From: an uncultured archaeon
GTDB lineage: Archaea > Asgardarchaeota > Lokiarchaeia > Sigyniarchaeales > SOKP01
Assembly (NCBI GenBank): GCA_964388035.1
Contig: CAYLZE010000096.1
Span: forward strand, 1 to 19,872
Length of the DNA stretch: 19,872 nt
Direction: 5' to 3'
Shown: positions 1 through 8,577 of the stretch, piece by piece
How positions within the stretch are numbered: the stretch's first letter is position 1
Layout of the letters: each line of letters begins with the position of its first letter
Position numbers and translations under genes: made by a program
Notes under the pieces: generated by a model
What the model was told of the DNA's origin: nothing
Seen by the model: only the letters and a program-made list of their open reading frames with translations
The model's database searches: none

Positions 1-2105
1 TCGCAGGGCTCTAAATTCTTACTTGTTAACAATTTTCTCCAACAAACTAATTTTCCATCGGCAATCACCATATCCCTTCCGTGATGTTGCGGAATGATAT
101 TTTTCGTCTGACAATGCCCACATATCAAGACTTTTGCTTGACTTTCAATTTTATCCGTTTTGAACTCTTCAAAGGATTTTCTATATCGAAGCACTCTCAA
201 GCCATTAGCAAGCACTAAGAGAGAAACGCCCATATCACCTACTCCTACCGCAAGCCATAATGTCATAAATCCTAAGACCGTGAGGATGGCAAATAATACC
301 TTAACCAAGATAGAAGTCCATATGTTTTGTTTAATTATTCTATTCGCTTTCCTTGAAATATCAATAAATTTCAAGATATTTAATAAATCGTCATTCATTA
401 TAATGATATCAGAAGTTTCAAGAGTTAAATCCGTGGCAGAAGCACCAATCGCGATTCCCAGATCACTTGCAGCTAAAGCAGGTGCATCATTAATACCATC
501 TCCAACCATCGCAACCCCTTTATATTCTTTCTTTAATTCCAGAATTTCTTGATTCTTCTGTTCTGGAAATAATTCACCCCGTGCATAATCTATATCCAGA
601 CATTGACCAATAGTATCACACACTGCTTGTTTATCTCCTGAAATAAGAATGGACTTGTAATTTCGTTCTTTTAACCCATTAATTAGGAGTGGAGCATCAA
701 TTCTTAGTACGTCTCGAATGGTAATGATTCCAATTAGATGCTTTTCATCTCCAATTAAAATGGGAATAGTTCCTGTCTTTTCAATTTCGGTCAAATCATT
801 TTTTGGAAGGGTGTAATCAAGATCGCTAATAAGAGCTTGATTTCCTACATAATAAAAAGTTCCATTAATTTTTCCTTTTATTCCCTTCCCAGGATAGATT
901 TCAAATTTTTCGACGGGAAATAATGGAACGTTTTGCCTTTTAGCATAATTTAAAATTGCTTTAGCAATAGGATGTTCTGATAAATTTTCTAAACTAGCAG
1001 CTATCGTATATACTTCAGTTTTACTAGAATTATAGGAGAGAACTTCAAAAACTCTGAGGTTTCCTTCCGTTAAAGTACCCGTCTTGTCAAACGCGAAGAT
1101 TTCTAATTCATTAACCATTTCGATAAAGCGATTTCCTTTCACCATAATTCCCTCGCGTGCCAATTTGGTTAAAGCAGTAATATTAGTTAAAGGTGTGGAT
1201 AATGTTAGAGCGCAAGGACAAGAAACCACCAATAATATTAACCCCCGATAAAACCAGGTATCAAAATTTAAATTCAATACAAGAGGTGGAAATATCATGA
1301 CAAACAGTGCCGCGAATAAAATTGTGGGGGTGTAATATTTGGCAAATTTCTCAATGAATCGCTCATTTTTACTTTTATTTTTTAATGCGTTTTGGATGCT
1401 CCTTGCGATTTCTGCCACGATGGTATTCGAGCTATCTTTCATTATCTTAACATCAATAAAAGTATCAGTCACGAGGGTTCCCGCATAAACTTCATCGCCA
1501 TCTTTTTTAAATACGGGGAAAGATTCTCCCGTAATCGCACTCTCATTTATATACGTACTTCCTTTTACTATGAGCCCATCTAACGGTATTTTCATACCGG
1601 GTTTTACTCCAACAATATTTCCAATTTCAAGAGAATTTGCTGGAACATTTGTGTATTGCCCATCCTTTTTCAATAAAGCTTCATCGGGAGCAAGTTCCAG
1701 AAGTTCTTTGATTGCATTTTTAGATTTTTCCGTAGTCAATTCTTCAATGTATTCAGCAATTGAATATAGTAAAATGGCCGTCGCTCCTTCTTGACCGTGA
1801 GAGATGAAAAAAGCAGCAATAGCCGCTATTATCATTAACAGGTTTGCAGTTATTTTTTTATTCTTGATATCTTCAAATGCTTCCGAAACAACGCCATAAC
1901 TGGAAAGGAGGATAGAGATAACAGCAAATACTTGACTAAATATAACTAGGTTGGTGAAAAATTCCATAAAAATGGCAATAGCTAATGAGATTGCCGAGGG
2001 GATGATAAACTTCCAAAAATGCTTTTCAAAAAAAGATTCTTGCTCTTCCTCTAAAATTTCATCCAATTTACATGATTCTAAAGTACAACTAATACTTTTC
2101 ACCAT
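1..2105 (-). CDS. zntA: Heavy-metal translocating P1B-2-type ATPase (Zn/Cd/Pb exporter), 3' end runs off the window
   Basis: Absent from the ORF track because there is no stop in the window. Manual translation from ATG 2105 (MVKSISCTLESC...) gives ITGES, VVSCPCAL, FDKTGTLT, SEHP, MVGDGINDAP and TM signatures QNIW..LVK and GDMG typical of P1B-2. The frame is consistent at both ends. Confidence 0.93.
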   Translation of the reverse strand, partial: MVKSISCTLESCKLDEILEEEQESFFEKHFWKFIIPSAISLAIAIFMEFFTNLVIFSQVFAVISILLSSYGVVSEAFEDIKNKKITANLLMIIAAIAAFFISHGQEGATAILLYSIAEYIEELTTEKSKNAIKELLELAPDEALLKKDGQYTNVPANSLEIGNIVGVKPGMKIPLDGLIVKGSTYINESAITGESFPVFKKDGDEVYAGTLVTDTFIDVKIMKDSSNTIVAEIARSIQNALKNKSKNERFIEKFAKYYTPTILFAALFVMIFPPLVLNLNFDTWFYRGLILLVVSCPCALTLSTPLTNITALTKLAREGIMVKGNRFIEMVNELEIFAFDKTGTLTEGNLRVFEVLSYNSSKTEVYTIAASLENLSEHPIAKAILNYAKRQNVPLFPVEKFEIYPGKGIKGKINGTFYYVGNQALISDLDYTLPKNDLTEIEKTGTIPILIGDEKHLIGIITIRDVLRIDAPLLINGLKERNYKSILISGDKQAVCDTIGQCLDIDYARGELFPEQKNQEILELKKEYKGVAMVGDGINDAPALAASDLGIAIGASATDLTLETSDIIIMNDDLLNILKFIDISRKANRIIKQNIWTSILVKVLFAILTVLGFMTLWLAVGVGDMGVSLLVLANGLRVLRYRKSFEEFKTDKIESQAKVLICGHCQTKNIIPQHHGRDMVIADGKLVCWRKLLTSKNLEPC

Positions 2106-2210
2106 CCATACAAGAATAATCAATTAAATAAACTCTTTTCAAATAAAAAAAGTAAGCTTTATGATAAATAATTAATCCAAAACTTTCTCATGCAAGGAAT
2201 AATAGATTTC

Positions 2211-2262
2211 TTGAAATTTATTATAATTTCAAATTATGGCACTAGAAAATGATTTTCATTTT
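2211..2262. promoter_or_regulatory. Two inverted repeats in the divergent ATPase/roadblock intergenic region (candidate operators)
   Basis: TTGAAATT-N6-AATTTCAA at 2211-2232 and AAAATGA-N3-TCATTTT at 2246-2262. The AT-rich context raises the chance of random occurrence. Confidence 0.3.
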
Positions 2263-2400
2263 GGGATTAAAATCACAAACATTGGAAATGCTAAAGATAA
2301 AAAATAATTCTTTTTATATCATAATTAAGTGCTATGAAATAAAGGCATGATGAATGAAAATTTATTTTAAGAAATGAATTAAATAATTGCAATCAAAAAA

Positions 2401-2787
2401 GTGGAAAGATTGAGTAAAATTGAACAAATAAATACAACTCTGAGGGACTTAGAGGATAGGGTTTCGGATATAATAGGTTCTGCTGTTATTAGAACTAATG
2501 GACTTGTCATTTCCTCGGCCCTTCCACCTGAATCCAATGAAAGAATGTTGGCAGCTATGTCAGCTGCTTTGTTAGGAACGTCTAAACGATCTGCAGAGGC
2601 ATTATTTAAAGGGAGTTTCATGAGCCTTAATTTAGAACTCGATAAAGGAAACATGTTTTTAATGCAAGCCGGAAGAGTTATTTTAGTTGCCATCACAAAA
2701 AAGAATCCAAATATTGGGTTATTAACGCTCGAAATGGAAGAAACTTCTAAAAAATTAACGACACTCTTCCACACAGAAGGTGAGTAA
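2401..2787 (+). CDS. Roadblock/LC7 (MglB-like) domain protein
   Basis: 128 aa, GTG start. Typical roadblock pattern IIGSAVIRTNGLVISSAL...ERMLAAMSAALLGTS...LELDKGNMFLMQAG...ILVAIT...NIGLL. Confidence 0.92.
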   Translation: MERLSKIEQINTTLRDLEDRVSDIIGSAVIRTNGLVISSALPPESNERMLAAMSAALLGTSKRSAEALFKGSFMSLNLELDKGNMFLMQAGRVILVAITKKNPNIGLLTLEMEETSKKLTTLFHTEGE

Positions 2788-2790
2788 AAA

Positions 2791-3255
2791 ATGAGTAAAG
2801 ATAATATTGGTGAATTGAAATTCATTGCCTCCATGTTTCGAATGGCAATGGAAGAGTTTAATAATGTCATGGGACTTGAATCGATCCAAACCATCTTTAG
2901 GTTAATTGGAGAAAATCAAGGAACCAAGGTGGAAGAACGTCTTAGGGAAAAATTCAACATAAATACCTGGACGCCTGAAGATTTTGCAGAAAAATTTAAC
3001 AAGGATGTGCTAGATCCCGCCTTGGGTTTGGGTAATTCTGAGATAAAAGTCGAGGGAAACAAGATAAAATTAATCCTAAAAGAATGTCCCTTTAAAAGAG
3101 CGGGAATTGATATTTCTAACAAGTTTTACTGTACATATACTGAAGGATTAATTGAAACGGCAGCCAAGAAAGCATTTGGAAACATTGATTTTAAAACAGA
3201 TCATCTTCAATCGGAAGGAAATGAAGGATGCACGTTTGAATTAGAAGTGAAATGA
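2791..3255 (+). CDS. V4R / methanogen-output-like small-ligand-binding domain protein
   Basis: ECPF...FYC.YTEGLIE...EGCTFELEV pattern of V4R-type folds. Starts 3 bp after the roadblock stop. Confidence 0.75.
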   Translation: MSKDNIGELKFIASMFRMAMEEFNNVMGLESIQTIFRLIGENQGTKVEERLREKFNINTWTPEDFAEKFNKDVLDPALGLGNSEIKVEGNKIKLILKECPFKRAGIDISNKFYCTYTEGLIETAAKKAFGNIDFKTDHLQSEGNEGCTFELEVK

Positions 3256-3321
3256 AGCTTTTTAAGTAATTTTATTAAATTATCAAGATAAATTAAAATT
3301 TGGGAGCAAAAGTAAGAGGAA

Positions 3322-3735
3322 ATGTGGTCAAAAATTAAGGAAGCTTTAGGTGTTAAACCCTTAGAATCTCTAAAGGATTTTGAATCGGAATTGATAAAAT
3401 TACAGGAAAAAAGTAATTGTGACTTTACGGCGCTAATTGGGACAGGAGGGCGATTCAAGGGACTCCCCCTCATTTATGCCGCAAAAAATGAAGATCTTCT
3501 CAAGAAGTTCACTGCAAAATTGAGCGAGATAATAAAACCATTAAAAGATCTTTCTGAAGGTAAGATAATGAATGAATTTAGAATATATTATAAGGATTCA
3601 ATCTTGATCTTCAAGCCTATTACTGAAAATATCGATTTTCTCGCAATCACGAATAATAGTGATTATATTCAATATATCATCCAATATATTAATAAAAAGC
3701 TAGAACTATTGAAATCCATTTTTGAAAATAAATGA
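3322..3735 (+). CDS. Hypothetical protein, probable divergent roadblock/profilin-like fold
   Basis: 137 aa, with GAGG just upstream of ATG. Helix / TALIG..GLPLIYA / helix / EFRIYYKDSILIFKPI..IDFLAIT / helix matches roadblock topology. The fold call is inference. Confidence 0.6.
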   Translation: MWSKIKEALGVKPLESLKDFESELIKLQEKSNCDFTALIGTGGRFKGLPLIYAAKNEDLLKKFTAKLSEIIKPLKDLSEGKIMNEFRIYYKDSILIFKPITENIDFLAITNNSDYIQYIIQYINKKLELLKSIFENK

Positions 3736-3973
3736 GTTTTTTATATTTCTAATTCCACCTTTTTTTCTAATACTCTTTCAGTCATTTGCTTAGTTTAACG
3801 ATCCTTTATCACTGCAATGATAATCACCAGAAAAATATGACCAAATCCCACTAATCCTCTAATGGTTATTTCCTCACTTCCTATTAAAAAGAATACAAAT
3901 TATACAGCAAATACCGGTTCAGAGCGAAAATAATAGCTGTTTTAGAAGGATTAATGTGCTTCTGACCGTGATT
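3361..3973. repeat. Direct repeat copy 1 (~610 bp) of 4851-5464
   Basis: Colinear alignment with offset 1490 (1491 after a 1-bp indel near 3921), e.g. TATTATAAGGATTCAATCTT and ATAGTGATTATATTCAATATAT are identical in both copies. Confidence 0.95.
3741..3973 (-). pseudogene. Degenerate 3' fragment of the EamA/DMT transporter gene
   Basis: Homologous to 5231-5464 (HGQKHINPSKTA...EPVFAV*...EEITIRGL...KDR*). It has two in-frame TAA stops, a 1-bp deletion and no 5' part. Confidence 0.9.
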
Positions 3974-4076
3974 AATTGAATGATTATTCGACAAAATCTC
4001 TGTTTTAAAGCTTTCTTTAAAATAATTTGTATTTTATGAAAATTTCTTTCAGATTATATCAAATATTACACCAAGC

Positions 4077-4108
4077 TTTATATGTATGTAATACATATTT
4101 ACATACAT
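4077..4108 (+). promoter_or_regulatory. vapBC TATA box with overlapping palindromic operator; likely leaderless transcript
   Basis: TTTATAT at 4077-4083, about 24 bp before ATG 4107. Perfect IR ATGTATGTAA-N7-TTACATACAT at 4082-4108 and nested ATATGTAT-N3-ATACATAT at 4080-4098. Confidence 0.8.
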
Positions 4109-4337
4109 GCGAACTAATATAATAATTGATGACGAATTAAAAGATAAATGGTGGGAAATTAAAAAGGAAGCAGACCGGCTCAATATGAAAATCGGGGAAT
4201 ACATTATATTTTGTCATGAGCTTAGGAAAAAAAGCGATAACAAAGATAAAATATTGGAACTTCTAAACAATCCGTTAAGTGGCGGTGCTACTGACATTGA
4301 TGCTATTAAAGCTAGTAAAAGCATGTGGGAATCATGA
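4107..4337 (+). CDS. vapB: Antitoxin, VapB-like (RHH-type N-terminus)
   Basis: 76 aa with an MRTNIIIDDEL N-terminus typical of VapB/RHH antitoxins. Its stop overlaps the PIN gene start (ATGA 4334-4337). Confidence 0.8.
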   Translation: MRTNIIIDDELKDKWWEIKKEADRLNMKIGEYIIFCHELRKKSDNKDKILELLNNPLSGGATDIDAIKASKSMWES

Positions 4338-4741
4338 GGGGAATCGATTCAAATATATTAGTATATGCATTAAACCAAGATCTGCCTGAGCACTCACCTT
4401 GTAAAGAACTACTAGTTAATATTATTGAAGATAAAGAAGTAGTAAGCATTCCTTCTATAGTATTTATGGAGTCATTTCATGCCCTTGTATTTGTTTACAA
4501 ATTTCAAGTTAATGAGGTAAAATCACGATTGATTGCTCTTATTGATTCAAAAAATATCAATGTTTTAGATATTTCCACATCTTCAATTTTGCTTGCATTT
4601 GAAATAGCAGAGAAATATAATACAAAAGGTCGAGATTCTTTAATAGCAGCTTCGTTATTAGAAAATGAAATTCAAGAAATTTATTCTCACGATATGGATT
4701 TTGATAATATAAAAACCTTAAAGAGAATAGATCCAATTTAA
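4334..4741 (+). CDS. vapC: PIN-domain ribonuclease toxin VapC
   Basis: IDSNILVYA, ME, RDSLIAA and YSHDMDFD carry the PIN acidic residues. The start is placed at the ATGA overlap rather than GTG 4325. Confidence 0.93.
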   Translation: MRGIDSNILVYALNQDLPEHSPCKELLVNIIEDKEVVSIPSIVFMESFHALVFVYKFQVNEVKSRLIALIDSKNINVLDISTSSILLAFEIAEKYNTKGRDSLIAASLLENEIQEIYSHDMDFDNIKTLKRIDPI

Positions 4742-4850
4742 ATTGGAATTTCTAGAAATTTCCATTAACCAGTGGGTCCAAAGATATCGATATTATAAAA
4801 GTTAGCAAAAGAATGGTTAATAATAGGAGCAATAATTCAAATTTATAGCT

Positions 4851-5225
4851 TAAGAATCTTTAAAAGATGTTGAATCAGAATTAATAAAATTATGGAAAAA
4901 AAGTAATTGTGAATTTACGGCTCTAATAGGGACGGGAGAAAGACTCAAGGAATTACCCCTTATTTATGCTGCAGAAAATGAGGATCTTCTCAAAAAATAT
5001 ACCCCAAAATTAAATTAAGTAGTTAATCTATTAAAAAATCTCTCTGAAGGCAAGATAATGATTGAATTTAGGATTTATTATAAGGATTCAATCTTAATCT
5101 TCAAATCTATTACGGAAAATATCTATTTTCCCGCAATCACGAAAGATAGTGATTATATTCAATATATAAATCAATCCATTAATAAAAAGCAAGAAATTCT
5201 GAAATCCATCTTGGAGAATAAATGA
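4851..5225 (+). pseudogene. Degenerate copy of the 3322-3735 roadblock-like gene
   Basis: Codon-for-codon match (ESLKDVESELIKL...KSILENK*) lacking the first 13 codons, with in-frame TAA at 4851-4853 and 5016-5018. Confidence 0.92.
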
Positions 5226-5464
5226 GTTTTCTATATTTCTAATGCCACTTTTTTTTCTAAAATCCTATCTGTTGTTTGTTCAATTTCTTTATCCTTTATC
5301 ACAGCAATAATAATTGCCAAAAATATCAATCCAAATCCTATTAATCCTCGAATGGTTATTTCCTCATTTCCAATTAAAAGAGAAGCAAATAAGACAGCAA
5401 ATACCGGTTCAAGTGCAAAAATGACAGCTGTTTTGGAAGGGTCAATATGCTTTTGACCGTAATT
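4851..5464. repeat. Direct repeat copy 2 (~610 bp) of 3361-3973
   Basis: See copy 1. Roughly 75-80% identity by eye. Confidence 0.95.
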
Positions 5465-6175
5465 CTGAAAAATAAAAGTGAGAGCAGTGACAATGGCACC
5501 TAAATAAATTATAACAATCCAATAGTTAAAGTCAAAATTAAGAATTTCCAAGGATTCATTAAAGAGTAAAAAACTCAAGAAACTGGTTAAAGAGATCATT
5601 ACAATTTGGAAAAAGCAATACACATAAACGTCCATCTGTTTAATATTCACATGATAATCGACAATTATGATGTATAAGGCACAAAAAAAAGCACAGAATA
5701 TTTCAAATATATCTCCAATAACTATACCAGCAGGTCCTTCCAGCACCAAAAATGCCATTCCAAATACAGAAATGAACACGGCAATCCAAATTCTCTTTTT
5801 AATCCGACGTTTGAAACCAACCCAAGCCATGAAAGGTACAATGAGAGTGTTTAATCCCGTAATGAAACCCGCTTTTCCCGCTGTAGTAGTATACATGCCT
5901 ATTGTTTGAGTAGCAATGGCAAGAAAATATACTAATCCATTTAAAATCCCCGCTATCACTATTGATCGATTTACTTTTTTAACTCGAGAAAGAAAGATTG
6001 GGAAAAATACAATGCTCGCAATTAAAAACCTTGTAAGTAGATAAAAGAAAACGGGAATGGAAGATATAAGATTTTTGGCAATGATAAAGGATGTCCCCCA
6101 TAATAATGTTGTCAGTACTAATAACATGCCACTAAAATACCGCAACCAGTTAGGTGATTTCGAAGTATCTTCCAT
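5231..6175 (-). CDS. EamA/RhaT (DMT superfamily) transporter
   Basis: About 10 hydrophobic segments; LLWGTSF, TTAGKAGFITGL and IFALEPVFAVLFA motifs. Confidence 0.93.
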   Translation of the reverse strand: MEDTSKSPNWLRYFSGMLLVLTTLLWGTSFIIAKNLISSIPVFFYLLTRFLIASIVFFPIFLSRVKKVNRSIVIAGILNGLVYFLAIATQTIGMYTTTAGKAGFITGLNTLIVPFMAWVGFKRRIKKRIWIAVFISVFGMAFLVLEGPAGIVIGDIFEIFCAFFCALYIIIVDYHVNIKQMDVYVYCFFQIVMISLTSFLSFLLFNESLEILNFDFNYWIVIIYLGAIVTALTFIFQNYGQKHIDPSKTAVIFALEPVFAVLFASLLIGNEEITIRGLIGFGLIFLAIIIAVIKDKEIEQTTDRILEKKVALEI

Positions 6176-6350
6176 TAATCTTAGAAACGAAAAATATCAT
6201 AAAAACCCTATGTTTGTAATTTTTAGATAAATTCATTTACTCTGTTATTCACAACATTCTATTAGAATGAATTTTCTTTTTGGAATTCTATTAAAATGAT
6301 GTGTTGCAAAATAAACATGTAAATGTAAAATATAAAGCATTGGAAAGTAC

Positions 6351-6932
6351 CTAAATGTAAGAATTTTCGTGAATGGATATCTTTAAAAAATCTGCATTTG
6401 TTATGATCCCTTTATAATCATTTCCCTCTTTTATCAAAACTGCAGGATATGTGATGAGCATGTTGGAAACAGAGGATAAATTCCAATGAAGATCTACTTC
6501 GGGAAATGGCAATTCTTTAAATAAGAAGATATCTGCATTAACAAGATTTTTATCATCGGTAATAATTTTTTGGATTTTTCTTGAAGTGATGCTCCCATAA
6601 TTCGTATTATTTTCGATTATGGGTAATTGAGAAATGTCATGCTGATTCATTAGTTCAATTGCATCTCGTATTTTTGAATTGGCGCCAATGGCAATAATAT
6701 TTTTTGTCATGATATCTTTCAATTCTATTTCTGAATGCTTCTGGTTTAATGAAAATTCTTCTAGATAATCAAAAATTCTTTTAACAACTAAATATGAGGG
6801 ATTGCCTTTGCCACTTTCAATGCGGGATAACGTTGCTTGAGGAATATTTAGTCTATCTTCTAAATCTTTTTGAGTAAGGTTGAATTTACGCCGCAACTCT
6901 TTTATCTTGGTGAGATTGGGAATTGATGGCAT
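6351..6932 (-). CDS. XRE-type HTH plus tandem CBS domain transcriptional regulator (COG3620-like)
   Basis: IKELRRKFNLTQKDL...QATLSRIESGKGNPSY, followed by CBS motifs DIMTKNII, ISQLPII and GIITNADFL. Confidence 0.9.
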   Translation of the reverse strand: MPSIPNLTKIKELRRKFNLTQKDLEDRLNIPQATLSRIESGKGNPSYLVVKRIFDYLEEFSLNQKHSEIELKDIMTKNIIAIGANSKIRDAIELMNQHDISQLPIIENNTNYGSITSRKIQKIITDDKNLVNADIFLFKELPFPEVDLHWNLSSVSNMLITYPAVLIKEGNDYKGIITNADFLKISIHENSYI

Positions 6933-7101
6933 TTTTATGGATATTTGCGATAAATTATTATGGGAGTGAATATAATATGTTATATATGGATAAATAAATC
7001 ACAATTATTTATAAATGATATATTTTTTTAGATATTAAATTTAATGTAATTTTTAAAATAAACCTAATATTAAATAATACAAGTAATAATACGGTGATGA
7101 A

Positions 7102-8574
7102 TTGACCAAAACTTATGCGGAAATAAATGAAAAAATAAAAAAAGGGGAAGCAGTTGTGGTGACTGCCGAAGAAATGATCCATATCGTGGAAGAGAAAGGG
7201 CCTAAGGTTGCTGCCGAGGAGGTCGACGTCGTTACGACCGGTACTTTCGGCGCCATGTGTTCCAGTGGTGCATTCCTTAATTTTGGGCATTCTGATCCTC
7301 CCATCAAATTTGAACATCTCTGGTTAAATGACGTGCATGCTTATCATGGAAATGCTGCCGTTGACTGTTATATTGGCGTGACAAGAATGGCCGATAAAAG
7401 ACCCTTTGAATATGGGGGAGGAGATGTCATCGAAGAATTGGTTTCTGGCAAGTCCATACGTTTAAGGGGCATCTCATATACCACGGACTGCTATCCCTTA
7501 GGAGAGATAGATACTAATTTCACCATTCATGATTTGAATCAAGCCATATTATGCAATCCCCGAAATGGATATCAAAGGTATGTTTGCGCAACAAATAGCA
7601 CGGATAAAACCCTATATACTTACATGGGAAAGTTATTGCCGCATTTTGGCAATGCTCATTTCTCCGGAGCGGGATGTTTAAATCCTTTATGTAATGATCC
7701 GGAATATGAAACCATTGGACTCGGTACGAGAATATTCCTGGGAGGCGGTATTGGATACGTTATTGGTGAGGGAACTCAACATAACCCCGCTAATAATTTT
7801 GGTACTCTTTTTGTAAAGGGAGATTTGAAACAAATGACGCCTGAATTCCTGAAGGGGGTAAATTTCGAAAAGTACGGAACATCCATGTTCGTGGGTATCG
7901 GAATCCCCATCCCCATATTAAATGAGGGTTTAGCTAAGAAAACAGCGGTAAAAGACGAGGATATCATCACTGAAATCGTGGATTATGGAGTACCTCGGAG
8001 AGATCGCCCCACTATTAGAAAAACCAACTATAAAGAGTTAAAAGGAGGGACCATAGACATAAATGGAAAAAGTGTCAAATGTTCTTCTTTATCCTCGCTT
8101 TATCATGCTCGCAAAATAGCAAATATCCTAAAAAGCTGGATTGAAGCAGGAGATTTCTTATTGACAGCACCTCTCGAACGCTTGCCCCGAGAGCAAGCAT
8201 ATAAACCCATGAGGCAAGTATCAGAATTAAGATTTGTTAAGGATCTAAAAAAGAATGCCATTATTTGCTATGAAGATTGTGATTTAAAAACGGTGGCTGA
8301 TAAAATAATCAGAGAAAACATGAATCATATCGTAATCACGGATAAAGAAAATACATTAAAAGGTATTGTCACGAGTTTTGATATCACCAAAGCTATGGCA
8401 GGCGAAAAAACCAAATTAACCGAAATCGTTACCAAAAAGGTAATCACGACCACGGATAACGAACCCATCGAAGTTGCTGCCCGTAAAATGAAAATAAATG
8501 AGATTTCCGCATTGCCCGTGATAGATGCTCAAAAGAAAGTTATAGGAATAATTACCGCAGAGGAGTTGATGTAA
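7102..8574 (+). CDS. L-aspartate semialdehyde sulfurtransferase (homocysteine biosynthesis; DUF39/COG1900 plus CBS pair, MA1821/MJ0100-like)
   Basis: KTYAEINEKIKKGEAVVVTAEEM, VDVVTTGTFGAMCSSGAFLNFGHSDPP and TYMGKLLP, plus two C-terminal CBS domains. TTG start preceded by a GGTGA Shine-Dalgarno. Confidence 0.93.
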   Translation: MTKTYAEINEKIKKGEAVVVTAEEMIHIVEEKGPKVAAEEVDVVTTGTFGAMCSSGAFLNFGHSDPPIKFEHLWLNDVHAYHGNAAVDCYIGVTRMADKRPFEYGGGDVIEELVSGKSIRLRGISYTTDCYPLGEIDTNFTIHDLNQAILCNPRNGYQRYVCATNSTDKTLYTYMGKLLPHFGNAHFSGAGCLNPLCNDPEYETIGLGTRIFLGGGIGYVIGEGTQHNPANNFGTLFVKGDLKQMTPEFLKGVNFEKYGTSMFVGIGIPIPILNEGLAKKTAVKDEDIITEIVDYGVPRRDRPTIRKTNYKELKGGTIDINGKSVKCSSLSSLYHARKIANILKSWIEAGDFLLTAPLERLPREQAYKPMRQVSELRFVKDLKKNAIICYEDCDLKTVADKIIRENMNHIVITDKENTLKGIVTSFDITKAMAGEKTKLTEIVTKKVITTTDNEPIEVAARKMKINEISALPVIDAQKKVIGIITAEELM

Positions 8575-8577
8575 TAA

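Noticed and set aside
160-1794. Plus-strand ORFs 160-552, 1392-1583 and 1570-1794
   Set aside because: They are antisense shadows of the P-type ATPase.
2379-3473. Minus-strand ORFs 2379-2894, 2916-3122 and 3207-3473
   Set aside because: They are antisense to the roadblock/V4R genes and have no motifs.
3974-4850. IS/MITE or Xer-dif module boundaries around vapBC
   Set aside because: No transposase, convincing terminal inverted repeats, short TSD or dif-like site was found; there is only weak AT-rich similarity between the ends.
6933-7101. AT-only palindromes (ATATAA-N4-TTATAT, ATTAAATTTAAT) as the HTH-CBS operator
   Set aside because: These are expected by chance in extremely AT-rich DNA, so no specific site can be singled out.
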